From an uncultured candidate division Zixibacteria bacterium (lineage in GTDB: Bacteria; Zixibacteria; MSB-5A5; GN15; FEB-12), in contig CAWDXE010000006.1 in NCBI GenBank assembly GCA_963806185.1, positions 32,001 through 96,000 of the forward strand: DNA of 64,000 nucleotides, read 5' to 3'. The notes under the pieces are model-generated. The model searched no databases, was not told where the DNA came from, and saw only the letters and a list, made by a program, of their open reading frames with translations. A program made the translations under genes and the position numbers. How positions within the stretch are numbered: position 1 is the first letter of the stretch; each line of letters starts with the position of its first letter. Shown here in pieces: positions 19,738 through 30,238 of this stretch.

Positions 19738-21115
19738 ATGGCAAGCAACAGTCGATCGAGCGCAGAACTCGGCAACCAGATCAATCCGGTCACCAACGAT
19801 CCGGAGTGGCTGAGGTTTGCCAAATCCCGATCATTGCAGGAGCGTTGTCATTGGGTCATTCCCGGCGGCGGACATACGTATGCCAAGGGTGACGATCAGT
19901 ACCCCGTCAATGCCCCCGCCTATCTGGTGCGCGGCGAAGGGTGCCGGGTCTGGGATGTCGACGGTAATGAGTTTATCGAATATGGCATGGGGCTCCGGAC
20001 GGTCACGATAGGCCACGCCTATCGACCGATAGTCGAGGCGGCTTATAAGCAAATGTTGCTCGGCATAAATTTCACCCGCCCCGGCACCATTGAACTTGAA
20101 GCGGCGGAGAAACTGCTCGAAATGGTCCCGGCCGATATGGTCAAATTCGCCAAAAACGGCTCCGACGTCACTACTGCTGCGGTCAAGCTGGCCCGCGCCT
20201 ATACCGGACGGGACATGGTAGCCATCTGCGCCGATCACCCCTTCTTTTCCATCGACGATTGGTTTATCGGCTCGACCAACATGAACGCCGGCATTCCCAA
20301 GGCCATTTCTGATCTGACCGTGCGGTTCCGCTTCAACGATACGGCGTCATTGAAGCGTCTCTTCGACGAGCACGCTGGAAAGATCGCTTGTGTCATGCTT
20401 GAGGCCGAAACAGCTATTGCTCCGGCTCCGGGTTTCCTGGAGATCGGTTCAGCAGCTTTGCCGGCAGAATGGCGCAGTTTTCATCCTCGACGAAATGATT
20501 ACCGGCTTCCGGTGGCATAACGGTGGAGCGCAGACCGTCTATAGGCTCACACCTGACCTCGCCACCTTCGGCAAAGCGACCGCCAACGGCTTTTCCGTCT
20601 CCGCTCTGGTGGGACGGCGCGACATCATGGAACTGGGCGGACTCACCACCGACAAGGAACGAGTCTTCCTGCTGTCTACCACGCATGGCGCCGAGCAACA
20701 TGCCCTGGCGGCCTGTATGGCAACGATAGAGCTATATGAGCGGGAAGACGTGGTCGGCTTCCTGCATCGTCAGGGAGACCGGCTCCGTGAGGGGATTACG
20801 CAAGTCGCCGGCGGACTTGGCATCGGCGACCATTTTCAGGTCCTGGGGAGGAGCTGTAATCTGGTATTCGCCACACGCGATGAGAAGAAGAACCCGTCGC
20901 AGCCGTTCCGGACGCTTTTCCTTCAGGAGATGATTCGCCGGGGATTCCTGACACCTTCGCTGGTGATCAGCTATTCTCATACGGACGACATAGTTGACAG
21001 GACGATTGCGGCGGTCGGCGAAGCGCTGGACATCTACAAACGGGCGCTGGACGAGGGGATAGACAAGTATCTGGTGGGGCGACCGGTCAAACCGGTATTC
21101 CGGAAGTACAATTGA
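19738..21115 (+). CDS. class III aminotransferase (glutamate-1-semialdehyde aminomutase-like); frameshift near 20443
   Basis: ORF 19714-20520 (KNGSDVT) and ORF 20390-21115 (DEMITGFR, FGKA) join into one protein if one base is removed. Confidence 0.85.
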
Positions 21116-21229
21116 CAGAACCACTTTTGGCCTATACACTTACCGTGTCGGCCAGTCTTTCTCCTCACAGCCGAACGAAATTGAGACCGGCCCGATAGCG
21201 GGCATTTAGGACAAACAAGGAACGAACGC

Positions 21230-22025
21230 ATGAAAGTAGTCCTCTTCTGCGGCGGCCTGGGAACGCGCCTCCGCGAATACTCCGACACGATTCCCAAACC
21301 GATGGTCAACATCGGCTACCGTCCCATTATCTGGCACGTTATGAAGTACTACGCCCACTACGGCCATAAGGACTTCATCCTCTGCCTCGGATACCGGGGG
21401 GACGTCATCAAGGACTACTTCCTGAAATACGACGAGTGCCTTTCCAACGACTTCATGCTCATTCGGGGTGGGCGCGAAGTGAAGCTGTACAACAGCGACA
21501 TCTCCGAATGGAATATCTCGTTTGTCGACACCGGCCTGCACAGCAACGTCGGTCAGCGCCTCAAAGCCATAGAACCGTACCTCGACGGCGAGGAGACTTT
21601 CTTCGCCAATTACAGCGACGGCGTCGCCGATTTCGATCTCAATGACGAGATTGCGTTTTTCAGGGATCAGAACAAGGTCGGTTGTTTCCTGGCCGTTCAG
21701 CCTCCGCAGACGTTTCACATTGTCGACGTGGCCGACGACCACCGGGTGAAAGAGCATCCAGCCGGTCGCCAAGACCAACATGTGGATCAACGGCGGTTTC
21801 TTCATCTTCAAGAAGTCGATTTTCGATCATATCAAGCCGGGAGAAGAGTTGGTCAACGAGCCGTTCCAGCGCCTGATCGCCGAGAATCAACTGGTGGCCT
21901 ATCGACACAAGGGATTCTGGGCCTGTATGGACACCTTCCGGGACAAGCAGATGTTTGACGAAATGAACGCCAAGGGGAACACGCCGTGGGAGATATGGAA
22001 AGCCGGTAACTCGACCCGCCGGTAA
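21230..22025 (+). CDS. rfbF: glucose-1-phosphate cytidylyltransferase-like; frameshift near 21750
   Basis: GGLGTRL, PKPMV, then WINGGFF and GFWACMDT in the next frame; extra A in GTGAAAGAGC. Confidence 0.85.
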
Positions 22026-22031
22026 AATATT

Positions 22032-22676
22032 ATGCATCGACTCGAGTTGACCGGAAAATCATCACTCCAATCTCTTTTGTGCCTTGGGGCGCACAGTGAC
22101 GATCTGGAAATCGGCTGCGGGGGTACGATACTCCGTCTCATTGACGAACACCCCGGCCTGCACGTCCACTGGGTCGTTTTCAGCGGTGATGACCGACGCC
22201 AACAGGAAGCACGCACCAGCGCCGGCCGATTTCTGCAGCAGGTGACGCAGACGGAAATTGAAATTCACCAATTCCGCGACGGCTTTCTCCCGTATGTCGG
22301 GGGCGAAGTCAAAGAGAAATTTGAATTGCTCAAGAAGAAGATTTCGCCCGACCTGATACTCACGCACTATCGCGAAGACCTTCACCAGGATCATCGCCTC
22401 GTCAACGAACTCACCTGGAATACCTTTCGCGACCACTTGATTTGGGAATACGAGGTGCCCAAGTACGACGGCGATCTGGGCCGCCCCAACCTGTTTGTGC
22501 CGCTGGACGACACTATGGTCAGCGCCAAGCTGCAGATACTCAACGACTGCTTTGGCAGCCAGCGCTCCAAACGCTGGTTCACCGACGAAACCTTCCTCGG
22601 CCTTCTGCGTTTGCGCGGTATCGAATGCGGCTCCCGCTACGCCGAGGCCTTTTACGGCCGCAAGATCACCATCTGA
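22032..22676 (+). CDS. PIG-L family deacetylase
   Basis: GAHSDDLEIGCGG, DLHQDH. Confidence 0.9.
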   Translation: MHRLELTGKSSLQSLLCLGAHSDDLEIGCGGTILRLIDEHPGLHVHWVVFSGDDRRQQEARTSAGRFLQQVTQTEIEIHQFRDGFLPYVGGEVKEKFELLKKKISPDLILTHYREDLHQDHRLVNELTWNTFRDHLIWEYEVPKYDGDLGRPNLFVPLDDTMVSAKLQILNDCFGSQRSKRWFTDETFLGLLRLRGIECGSRYAEAFYGRKITI

Positions 22677-22712
22677 TCCGGCTGGGGCGAGAAGGATGCG
22701 CCCAACTACCGT

Positions 22713-24149
22713 ATGAAAAAAGTGCTGATCATCGCTTATGATTTTCCCCCGACTCGCACCAGCGGCGTCTACCGCCCGCTCAAATTCGCGCGCTATCTGC
22801 CCGAATTCGGCTGGCAACCGGTCATCCTTACGGTCAGCAATTATCCTACGACTACGCTCGACGATTCACTCCTGGCGCAGCTCCCGGAAGGGACACCCAT
22901 CTATCGCGCCTACTCAATCGAACCCAAACGCTGGGAAAAAGCGATTTTCGCCAAACTATTCGGCAAAGCGATGCCAGTACCCGCTTCACCGGCTGGAGAG
23001 GCATTACCTTCCCCGCCGAGCAATCCGGAAAAGTCGAATACAGGAGGCTTTTCGCTCAAGACGTTGGTCAAGCGCGGCATCCTGTCGCCCATCAGCCGTT
23101 TCACCCATAGTTATCTGTACACCCCCGACGAAGTCGTCGGCTGGGTCCCTCTGGCGGTAAAACGCGGGCTGCAGGCGATTCGACACGAAGGCATCGACCT
23201 GATCATCTCGACGTCGCCGCCGGAAACCAATCATCTGGTAGGCCTCTGGCTTAAGCGATTCAGCGGCAAACCGTGGATTGCCGATTTCCGCGACCCGTGG
23301 ACAGACAATGTCATCAAGCAGGACAAGCCGCCCTTTCGACAGCGCCTTGAACGTCGGTGGGAGCAGAAAGTGCTCGAGCGATCGGACGCCGTCGTACATG
23401 TCGGCCACCGGTTTGCCGAGTTGTCGCGCCAGTCGTTTCCCTCGGTGGCTCCGGAAAAACACCGCGTGATCACTAACGGCTTTGACGAATCAGATTTCGC
23501 CGGGATGGACGGCGAGAAGATCTACGCCGCCAATCGAACCGCAGAACTCAATCTGCTCAATGTCGGAACCATTTACGGCGTCTCCGGCTTTCCTGCACTC
23601 CTGAAGGCGTTCGAGCAGGTGATCACGTCGCCCAACGTCAGCGGCAAAGTGCGGATCAATTTCATCGGCGAGCTGACCCCCGACCAGAAAGCCGCGCTGG
23701 GTCGCGAGCCGATCAAGAGCCACGTGACGTTGCACGGTTTCAAGAAACACCGGGAAGCGCTGACGGCGATGATGAGCGCCGATGTTTTATTGCTGATGCC
23801 GTCCGGAGCGGATCAACGCACCAACGATAAGATCGTCCCGGGGAAGTTGTACGAACTCATACGGATCGGGCGCCCGGTCCTGATGATCGGCTGGGAAGGG
23901 GAGTCGGCTGATATTGTCCGCCAGAGCGGCACGGGACGCTTTGTCTCGGCCGACCAGCCCGAACAAGTGGCGGCCGCTATCACGGACTTCGTTCGCCGTA
24001 AAGCCGACGGTGAACTGGCCGTAACGCCGCGACGGGATTTCGTTCGCCAATATGACCGTCGCCACCTCACCTCGAATCTGGCTGAGCTATTTGATTCCCT
24101 GAGCGGTATAACAACTTCCCGGCAGGATACGCCGGTGAAGGTTTCCTGA
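22713..24149 (+). CDS. GT4 family glycosyltransferase
   Basis: IAYDFPP, DFRDPW, ITNGFD, PGKLYE. Confidence 0.88.
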   Translation: MKKVLIIAYDFPPTRTSGVYRPLKFARYLPEFGWQPVILTVSNYPTTTLDDSLLAQLPEGTPIYRAYSIEPKRWEKAIFAKLFGKAMPVPASPAGEALPSPPSNPEKSNTGGFSLKTLVKRGILSPISRFTHSYLYTPDEVVGWVPLAVKRGLQAIRHEGIDLIISTSPPETNHLVGLWLKRFSGKPWIADFRDPWTDNVIKQDKPPFRQRLERRWEQKVLERSDAVVHVGHRFAELSRQSFPSVAPEKHRVITNGFDESDFAGMDGEKIYAANRTAELNLLNVGTIYGVSGFPALLKAFEQVITSPNVSGKVRINFIGELTPDQKAALGREPIKSHVTLHGFKKHREALTAMMSADVLLLMPSGADQRTNDKIVPGKLYELIRIGRPVLMIGWEGESADIVRQSGTGRFVSADQPEQVAAAITDFVRRKADGELAVTPRRDFVRQYDRRHLTSNLAELFDSLSGITTSRQDTPVKVS

Positions 24150-24159
24150 GGATACACTC

Positions 24160-25662
24160 GTGCCCCAGTTGCAAGTCAAACAATTCGCCAGCGCCAGGAC
24201 ATTAGGCTACTTGCTCTTGTTTGGCGGCTCGATCTTGCTTGCCCTGGTCGGACTTTACACGGATTTTCTGATCCCGATCGGCCTGGTCATCGGCGTGCTC
24301 GCCCTGGTGCTGGTGATACGGAAGCCGTTTTGGGGCTTTATCATCTATCTCATCTTCTTTTTCCTGCGCCCGGCTGACCTGATCCCCGCGCTGGGTATCG
24401 TTCGCTTCCAGGCCCTGCTTCTGGCTCTGCTGGCGTCGTTGTGGGTCTATCGCGATTTCATTCGCGATCGCAAATCCTTCATCCTGCAGAAGATCGATTA
24501 CGCCATGCTCGCCTTCCTCGGCGCCATGTACATGTCGATGTTCACCACTATTTACGTCGCTGACTCACTTACCGTGCTCATCGATTTCACGCAGTTTGTC
24601 GCCTTCTACTTTCTGGCTGCATACATGCTGGATGATGAGCGCGATCTGAAGACCGTCATCGTTACCATCATCCTCTGCATGCTATTTGTCTGTCTCATCC
24701 AGATCTGGTCCTACTTCACGATCGGCCTCACGCCCACCACCGGTCTCGGCGGTTATGGCATTCACATCGGCCCGATCCACCTGTCCGCCGGACGCCCACT
24801 GGCCCCGCCCTCCGACAATGTCCAGGGGGTCGGCGGCTATTCGGCAGGATTCCTCGCCAACGCATCCGAATTGGGGCTGGGTATTCTCGTTACCTTTCCC
24901 TTCGTCTATTACCTCTTCAGTACGGCCGTCTCACGTGTATTCAAGTCTGTTCTTCTCGGAACGATGGGCGTCATGCTGGCCTCGCTCGTCTTCACCGGAT
25001 CGCGCGGCGCGGTCGTCGGCCTGGCGGCGGTGTTTCTCGTCATCTTCCTGAAGAGCCGGCAAAAATTGATACTGGCTCTCTCTGCCTGTGTCGTGCTGGC
25101 ATTGACAATTCCCCTGCTCCCCGATCGCTACATCAGCCGTGTCGAGAGTACCACCAGCGGTGAAGACGAATCCGCCAATATTCGTCTCACCTTGTGGACC
25201 GCCGGAGTGCATATGGTCATGGATCGTCCGCTGTTCGGCGTAGGCGTGAACAATTTCCCGAATGCGTACGGTGCCAAATATCGGCCGGCCGGCTCGCCCG
25301 CGTTGTATTGGGCACCGCATAACAATTTCGTTCAGGCGGCCACTGAAATGGGTCTGGTGGGTCTGACTGCATTTGTAATTATTTTTGTGGTGATCTATAA
25401 AGAAAACCGGCGCAATCGGCAGTTTTTGCGGCGTCTCCGCGGGAGAAACAAGTTCCTCGACGCCGTCACTCAGGCGATCGACGTCGCCGTCATCGGGTAT
25501 GCCGTCGCAGGCAGTTTCATCACCAGCACCTACTACCCGCATCTGTATCTGCTGGCCTTGATGGGACGTACGGTGTCCAAATCGATCGCCAACAGGTACT
25601 CGGAAGCCGATCTGGAACCAGAACCTCAGAGCAAACAGCTCCCCTCACCGGCTAATGCGTAA
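24160..25662 (+). CDS. O-antigen ligase/Wzy polymerase family membrane protein
   Basis: Multi-TM; TGSRG, PLFGVG, PHN...EMGLVGL. Confidence 0.85.
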   Translation: MPQLQVKQFASARTLGYLLLFGGSILLALVGLYTDFLIPIGLVIGVLALVLVIRKPFWGFIIYLIFFFLRPADLIPALGIVRFQALLLALLASLWVYRDFIRDRKSFILQKIDYAMLAFLGAMYMSMFTTIYVADSLTVLIDFTQFVAFYFLAAYMLDDERDLKTVIVTIILCMLFVCLIQIWSYFTIGLTPTTGLGGYGIHIGPIHLSAGRPLAPPSDNVQGVGGYSAGFLANASELGLGILVTFPFVYYLFSTAVSRVFKSVLLGTMGVMLASLVFTGSRGAVVGLAAVFLVIFLKSRQKLILALSACVVLALTIPLLPDRYISRVESTTSGEDESANIRLTLWTAGVHMVMDRPLFGVGVNNFPNAYGAKYRPAGSPALYWAPHNNFVQAATEMGLVGLTAFVIIFVVIYKENRRNRQFLRRLRGRNKFLDAVTQAIDVAVIGYAVAGSFITSTYYPHLYLLALMGRTVSKSIANRYSEADLEPEPQSKQLPSPANA

Positions 25663-25670
25663 GAAAGAAA

Positions 25671-26756
25671 GTGAATCTGATGGATACATCGCCCGCCGAC
25701 AATGACAACTCCCAGCTTCTCAGCCGCGTCGGTCATAATATTGAACCATGCACTGACCACGCGCAGTGGGACACCTTTGTCACCGGGAATCCCTCCGCGA
25801 CCCTTTACCACCTCTGGTGCTGGGGTGAGATCATTCAGGAAGCGCTCGGCCATCCTCCTACCCGGTTGATGGCAGGTGACGACGGCAATATTCGGGGTGT
25901 CCTTCCTCTTGTGCATATTCAGAGCAGGATATTCGGTTCTTCCCTCATCTCCATGCCCTTTCTCAATTACGGAGGAGTCGTGGCCGCCTCGCCGGACACT
26001 CGGGAAGCGCTGTACCGGCACGCCATCGACATGGCCAGGGAAAGAAACGTCTCGTTCCTCGAACTTCGCAACACCCAACCTGCCGAATCCACTCATCCGG
26101 TGAAGCTCGAGAAGGCCACCTTCATCATGCCGCTGACCGGCGACGAAGAATCGACATTGGCCACACTTCGCAAGGCCACCAGAAACCGGCTGCGGAAAAT
26201 GCTCGAGTACAATCTCGAAATCCGCCGGGGCGGCTTGGACATTCTCGACGATTTCTATCACGGCTTTTCCATCGCCATGAAAGAGCACGGAACGCCCGTA
26301 CTTCCCAAACAGTTTTTCCGAAGCGTGGTCAATCACTTCGGCGACCGGGCCGAGTTCTACGTTGCCTGCAAAGACGGCAAGATTGCCGGCGCAAAACTGA
26401 CCATCGTCTTCCGCGACACCCTTTACTCCATCTGGGGCGGCTACCCAAAAGAGTTCCGCAACACCCTGGCCAATTACCTTCTGTCATGGGAAGCGGTACG
26501 ACAGGCTATCAATAGGAAGATCAAATTCGTAGATTTTGGCAGATCAAATATCGAGTCCGGCCCGGCCGATTTCAAACGCCACTTCGGTTGCGAGCAGTTC
26601 CAGCTATACTGGGAGTATCCCTATCTTCCTTCCGGGAAACTGCCGGCGCTAAACCCGCAGAATGCGAAATACCAGACTGCCATCGCCATCTGGCGGAAGC
26701 TACCGTTGAGCGTGACCACCCTGGTCGGACCACACTTGTCCAGGAGACTGCCGTAA
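25671..26756 (+). CDS. FemAB-related protein (type found in XrtA/PEP-CTERM EPS loci)
   Basis: SRIFGSSLISMPFLNYGG, GTPVLPK, DFGRS, NPQNAKY...WRKLP. Confidence 0.85.
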   Translation: MNLMDTSPADNDNSQLLSRVGHNIEPCTDHAQWDTFVTGNPSATLYHLWCWGEIIQEALGHPPTRLMAGDDGNIRGVLPLVHIQSRIFGSSLISMPFLNYGGVVAASPDTREALYRHAIDMARERNVSFLELRNTQPAESTHPVKLEKATFIMPLTGDEESTLATLRKATRNRLRKMLEYNLEIRRGGLDILDDFYHGFSIAMKEHGTPVLPKQFFRSVVNHFGDRAEFYVACKDGKIAGAKLTIVFRDTLYSIWGGYPKEFRNTLANYLLSWEAVRQAINRKIKFVDFGRSNIESGPADFKRHFGCEQFQLYWEYPYLPSGKLPALNPQNAKYQTAIAIWRKLPLSVTTLVGPHLSRRLP

Positions 26757-26766
26757 CTGAGGCGCC

Positions 26767-27993
26767 ATGGCGGGATCATCCTTTCGAAAAATCTCTCCGG
26801 CCGGTACTCGACTCCGGGCCGGCGATATCCTCCACGCCGCCTCGCGCGTAGGCTATGACCCACGGGTTGATGAACGTGTCTGCCGCCTTCTCGCCGACCG
26901 CTTTGCCGTGCGTCATTCGTTGCTGACAAATTCCGGCCGCGCCGCGCTCACCGTCATTCTGCAAGCACTGGCTCAAGGCGACTCCCGCAACGAGGTTATT
27001 CTCCCCGGCTACACCTGCTTCACCGTCGCCGCGTCAGTCCGACGTGCCGGTCTCAAAGTACAACTGGTGGATCTGAAACCCGACTCTCTCGATTACGATC
27101 AGGCTGATCTCGAACGCAAAATCTCTCCCCGAACACTCGCCATTGTGGCGATCTACCCATTTAATCTGACTATCGATATTGAATCGTTACAGCAGGTCGC
27201 CCGGAGAAATGGCGTCTATCTCATCGAGGACGCCGCCCAGGCGATCGGCCTGACCGTCGGTGGCAAATCAGCCGGGACAATTGGCGACGTCGGTTTTTTC
27301 AGCCTGAGCAAGGGGAAGCCGATCACCACCATGTCCGGCGGAATCATTGTTACAAACCGTGACAATCTAGCCGTCCGGATGGCCGAAATTCTGGATGGAT
27401 TACCGCGGCCGGGAGCGGCGAAAAATCTGAAAGTTCTTGTTACTTCGCTGGCGATGAAGGCATTGATTAATCCTCGACTATATTGGCTGGTTGACCATAT
27501 CCCCGGCGTGACTTTGGGCGAAACGGTTTATCGCCCGTCCTTTGCGATGTCTCGGATGCCGACAGCGTCGGCACTGCTGCTCGAGCATCTGCTGCCGCGC
27601 GTGGCGCCGATCAATCAGGATCGAGCTTCGAACGCTGCACGCTGGATCGGGTTACTGGCCGGGCGGGGCGGAGTGTCCGTCGTCGCGGGCCACCACACCG
27701 ATGAGAGTCTCTATCTGCGGCTGCCGCTGTTGTGTCGATCCAAAGCGCACCGCGAAAGGTTGTTTGAGGTTTTGAAGTCCCTTGGCGCAAGTCGCATGTA
27801 TGGCGAACCGTTGGAAGTCATCGACGATGCCGACCTGTTTTCTCCGGACGTGCAGCCGTGCCCGCAGGCACGCAGTTTTGCCGATCGACTGCTCACGCTG
27901 CCAACCCATGAGTATGTTAACGACGACGATATGGCGACGACTATCCGTTTGCTCGATACCGTCGCGCCGCAGGTGACTGTCGATCATGAATAA
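26767..27993 (+). CDS. DegT/DnrJ/EryC1/StrS sugar aminotransferase
   Basis: NSGRAAL, IEDAAQ, FSLSKGK, LLTLPTH. Confidence 0.85.
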   Translation: MAGSSFRKISPAGTRLRAGDILHAASRVGYDPRVDERVCRLLADRFAVRHSLLTNSGRAALTVILQALAQGDSRNEVILPGYTCFTVAASVRRAGLKVQLVDLKPDSLDYDQADLERKISPRTLAIVAIYPFNLTIDIESLQQVARRNGVYLIEDAAQAIGLTVGGKSAGTIGDVGFFSLSKGKPITTMSGGIIVTNRDNLAVRMAEILDGLPRPGAAKNLKVLVTSLAMKALINPRLYWLVDHIPGVTLGETVYRPSFAMSRMPTASALLLEHLLPRVAPINQDRASNAARWIGLLAGRGGVSVVAGHHTDESLYLRLPLLCRSKAHRERLFEVLKSLGASRMYGEPLEVIDDADLFSPDVQPCPQARSFADRLLTLPTHEYVNDDDMATTIRLLDTVAPQVTVDHE

Positions 27994-29110
27994 AGTCCGC
28001 ATCCTGCAATTGATTGAGGATACCGGCGCCGTCGGCGGCGCCGAGAAGCTGGTATGCGATCTGGCCCGTTTCCTGAGTCCCGAACGATTCACCAGCCTGA
28101 TTGCCATTGTCGGTCGCCCCGATGCCAATATGCCGTACGAGCAGACCGGCAGCGAAGTCGTCTATATTGAGCCGTCGCCCAATCTCAGCCCCAAGCTGAT
28201 CCGGCAGATTTGCCGAGTGGTCGGCACCAGGGATATCAGTCTCGTTCACTCTCATCTGATCCGGATGAATACGCACAATGCCCTCGCCTCGGTCTGGCAT
28301 CGTCGACCGACGGTTGGCTCGATTCACGGCATTCTGCCCTACGAGACCACCAGTTCCGCCCGTCTCTACACCAAGCTCGCCACCTGGCTCAATGACCGAA
28401 CCGTCGTGGTGTCCGAGCCGCTGCGCCGGGAATTCCTGCGCATCTACGGCGGCAATTCCAGAAAGATCGTGACCATTCACAACGGCTTCGATCACACGCG
28501 CTTCGAGACACCCATCTCACCCGAAAGCCAGGCCGAATTCCGCCGCCAGTTCCTGCCGGGTGATAATTCACCCGTGATCTGTGCCGTGGGCAATTTAAAG
28601 GAAGTCAAGGGGTACCGCTACCTTGTCGACGCGGTCGCGTTGCTGAAGGTGAAGTTTCCGCGCATTCATCTGCTGATCGCCGGCAACACCATGCGCCTGC
28701 GCGACCTGGGCTTGATCGATCAAGTAGCCACGCTCGGGCTCGAACCGCACGTGACCTTCCTCGGTGAATTCAACAACATCAGCCTGCTCTTCTCCGTCTC
28801 CGATCTCTACGTCTGTTCGTCTTTGCACGAGGGATTTTCGCTGACCACGGTCGAGGCGATGGCCGCGGGATTGCCCGTCGTCGTCACCGATAGCGGCGGT
28901 CCGGCGGACATTGTCGAACCCGGGAAGAGCGGCATACTGGTTCCGACGGCGAATGTCGGCGCCCTGGCCGACGCCGTCACGACGGTCGTGCAGGATAAAG
29001 ATCTCGCTCGAGCGATGGGCTGTTACGGCAAACGCGTGGCCTACGAACGCTTTTCCATGAACAGCTTTATCAGTCGGCACGAAACGCTTTATCAAGAGTT
29101 GGTCGGCTGA
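27986..29110 (+). CDS. GT4 family glycosyltransferase
   Basis: GGAE, KGY, EGFSLTTVEAMAAG. Confidence 0.92.
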   Translation: MNKVRILQLIEDTGAVGGAEKLVCDLARFLSPERFTSLIAIVGRPDANMPYEQTGSEVVYIEPSPNLSPKLIRQICRVVGTRDISLVHSHLIRMNTHNALASVWHRRPTVGSIHGILPYETTSSARLYTKLATWLNDRTVVVSEPLRREFLRIYGGNSRKIVTIHNGFDHTRFETPISPESQAEFRRQFLPGDNSPVICAVGNLKEVKGYRYLVDAVALLKVKFPRIHLLIAGNTMRLRDLGLIDQVATLGLEPHVTFLGEFNNISLLFSVSDLYVCSSLHEGFSLTTVEAMAAGLPVVVTDSGGPADIVEPGKSGILVPTANVGALADAVTTVVQDKDLARAMGCYGKRVAYERFSMNSFISRHETLYQELVG

Positions 29111-29113
29111 GCG

Positions 29114-30238
29114 ATGAGCATCCCCATCGTGCATCTGCGCAGCACCTTCCAGGTCGGCGGTCCTGAAAAGTTGATCCTCTCCGGCATTCAGCATATGCAG
29201 GGAGACGATTTCACTTTTACCCTTTCGTCCTTCTCCCTGCCTGCCCGACCGAATCGGTTTGCCGAGTACGCCTCGTCCCTGGGCATCCCCGTGGTCCAGA
29301 TTGCGGTCAATGGCTCCTTCGACCGCCGCGCCTTGGACGGCGTGCGCCGGCTGGTCGAAAACACCGGCGCCAGACTGCTGGTCGTTCACGACTACCGCGC
29401 CGTCATCATCGCGCTCATGGCCGGCCTTCGCCTCAAGGTACCGATCATGGCCGTTGCTCACGGCTGGACCTCCCAGAGCCTCCGCGTACGGATGTACGAA
29501 TACATCGAGCGCTTCGCCCTTCGCCGCGTCGACGCCGTCGTGGCCGTGTCCAAACCCAAGTTTCAGGAGCTGCTCAAGATTGGTGTGGCCGAAAGCCGGC
29601 TCACCCTGATCGAAAACGGGGTCGAGATTCCTCCGCGTGAAAAGATGGCGCGCGATACCCGTCTCAAAGACGATTTGGGCCTCCCCCATGACACCCTGCT
29701 CATCGGGAGTGTGGGCCGCCTCAGCCCAGAGAAGGGGCACCGCTTTCTGGTCGATGCCGCCACGCGGCTCGCGCCGGCCAACCCCAACGCTCGGTTTGTT
29801 ATTTTCGGCGAGGGCCCGCTCCGCAGCTCCCTGCTCGCTCAGATTCGACGGGCCGGTCTCGACCATCTCTTCTTCCTTCCCGGCTGGCGTACCGATATGG
29901 AAAACGTCTATCGCGGCCTCGACCTCTTCGCCCTCCCGTCACTCACCGAAGGACTTCCGATGGCGTTGCTCGAAGCCATGTCCTTCGGCCTGCCTTCGGT
30001 GGCGACCACCGTCGGCGGCTGCCCCGATGTGATTGAAGATCATGTCTCGGGCTTTCTGGTGCCGCCCTCCAGTGTCTCAGCTCTGACCGACGCCCTGGGC
30101 CAGTTGCTCGTCGATGAACCGCTGCGCGATCGTATGACCGATTCGGCCTACGACCGCATCGCCGACCGGTACAGCATGACTCGGTATGCGTCGCAATTCG
30201 CCGCGTTATATCACCAATTGGCGGGAGGTGACCGGTGA
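29114..30238 (+). CDS. GT4 family glycosyltransferase
   Basis: GGPEK, GRLSPEKG, EGLPMALLEAM. Confidence 0.92.
   Translation: MSIPIVHLRSTFQVGGPEKLILSGIQHMQGDDFTFTLSSFSLPARPNRFAEYASSLGIPVVQIAVNGSFDRRALDGVRRLVENTGARLLVVHDYRAVIIALMAGLRLKVPIMAVAHGWTSQSLRVRMYEYIERFALRRVDAVVAVSKPKFQELLKIGVAESRLTLIENGVEIPPREKMARDTRLKDDLGLPHDTLLIGSVGRLSPEKGHRFLVDAATRLAPANPNARFVIFGEGPLRSSLLAQIRRAGLDHLFFLPGWRTDMENVYRGLDLFALPSLTEGLPMALLEAMSFGLPSVATTVGGCPDVIEDHVSGFLVPPSSVSALTDALGQLLVDEPLRDRMTDSAYDRIADRYSMTRYASQFAALYHQLAGGDR

Noticed and set aside
19738..21115. hemL of tetrapyrrole synthesis
   Set aside because: Embedded in a nucleotide-sugar cassette with no hem genes; likely a paralogue
28595..29866. 423-aa antisense ORF, and similar ones (47051-48307, 50612-51661, 55051-56058, 57045-57992, 30481-31419, 2291-3178)
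   Set aside because: Shadow ORFs opposite well-supported genes in GC-rich DNA; no recognisable motifs
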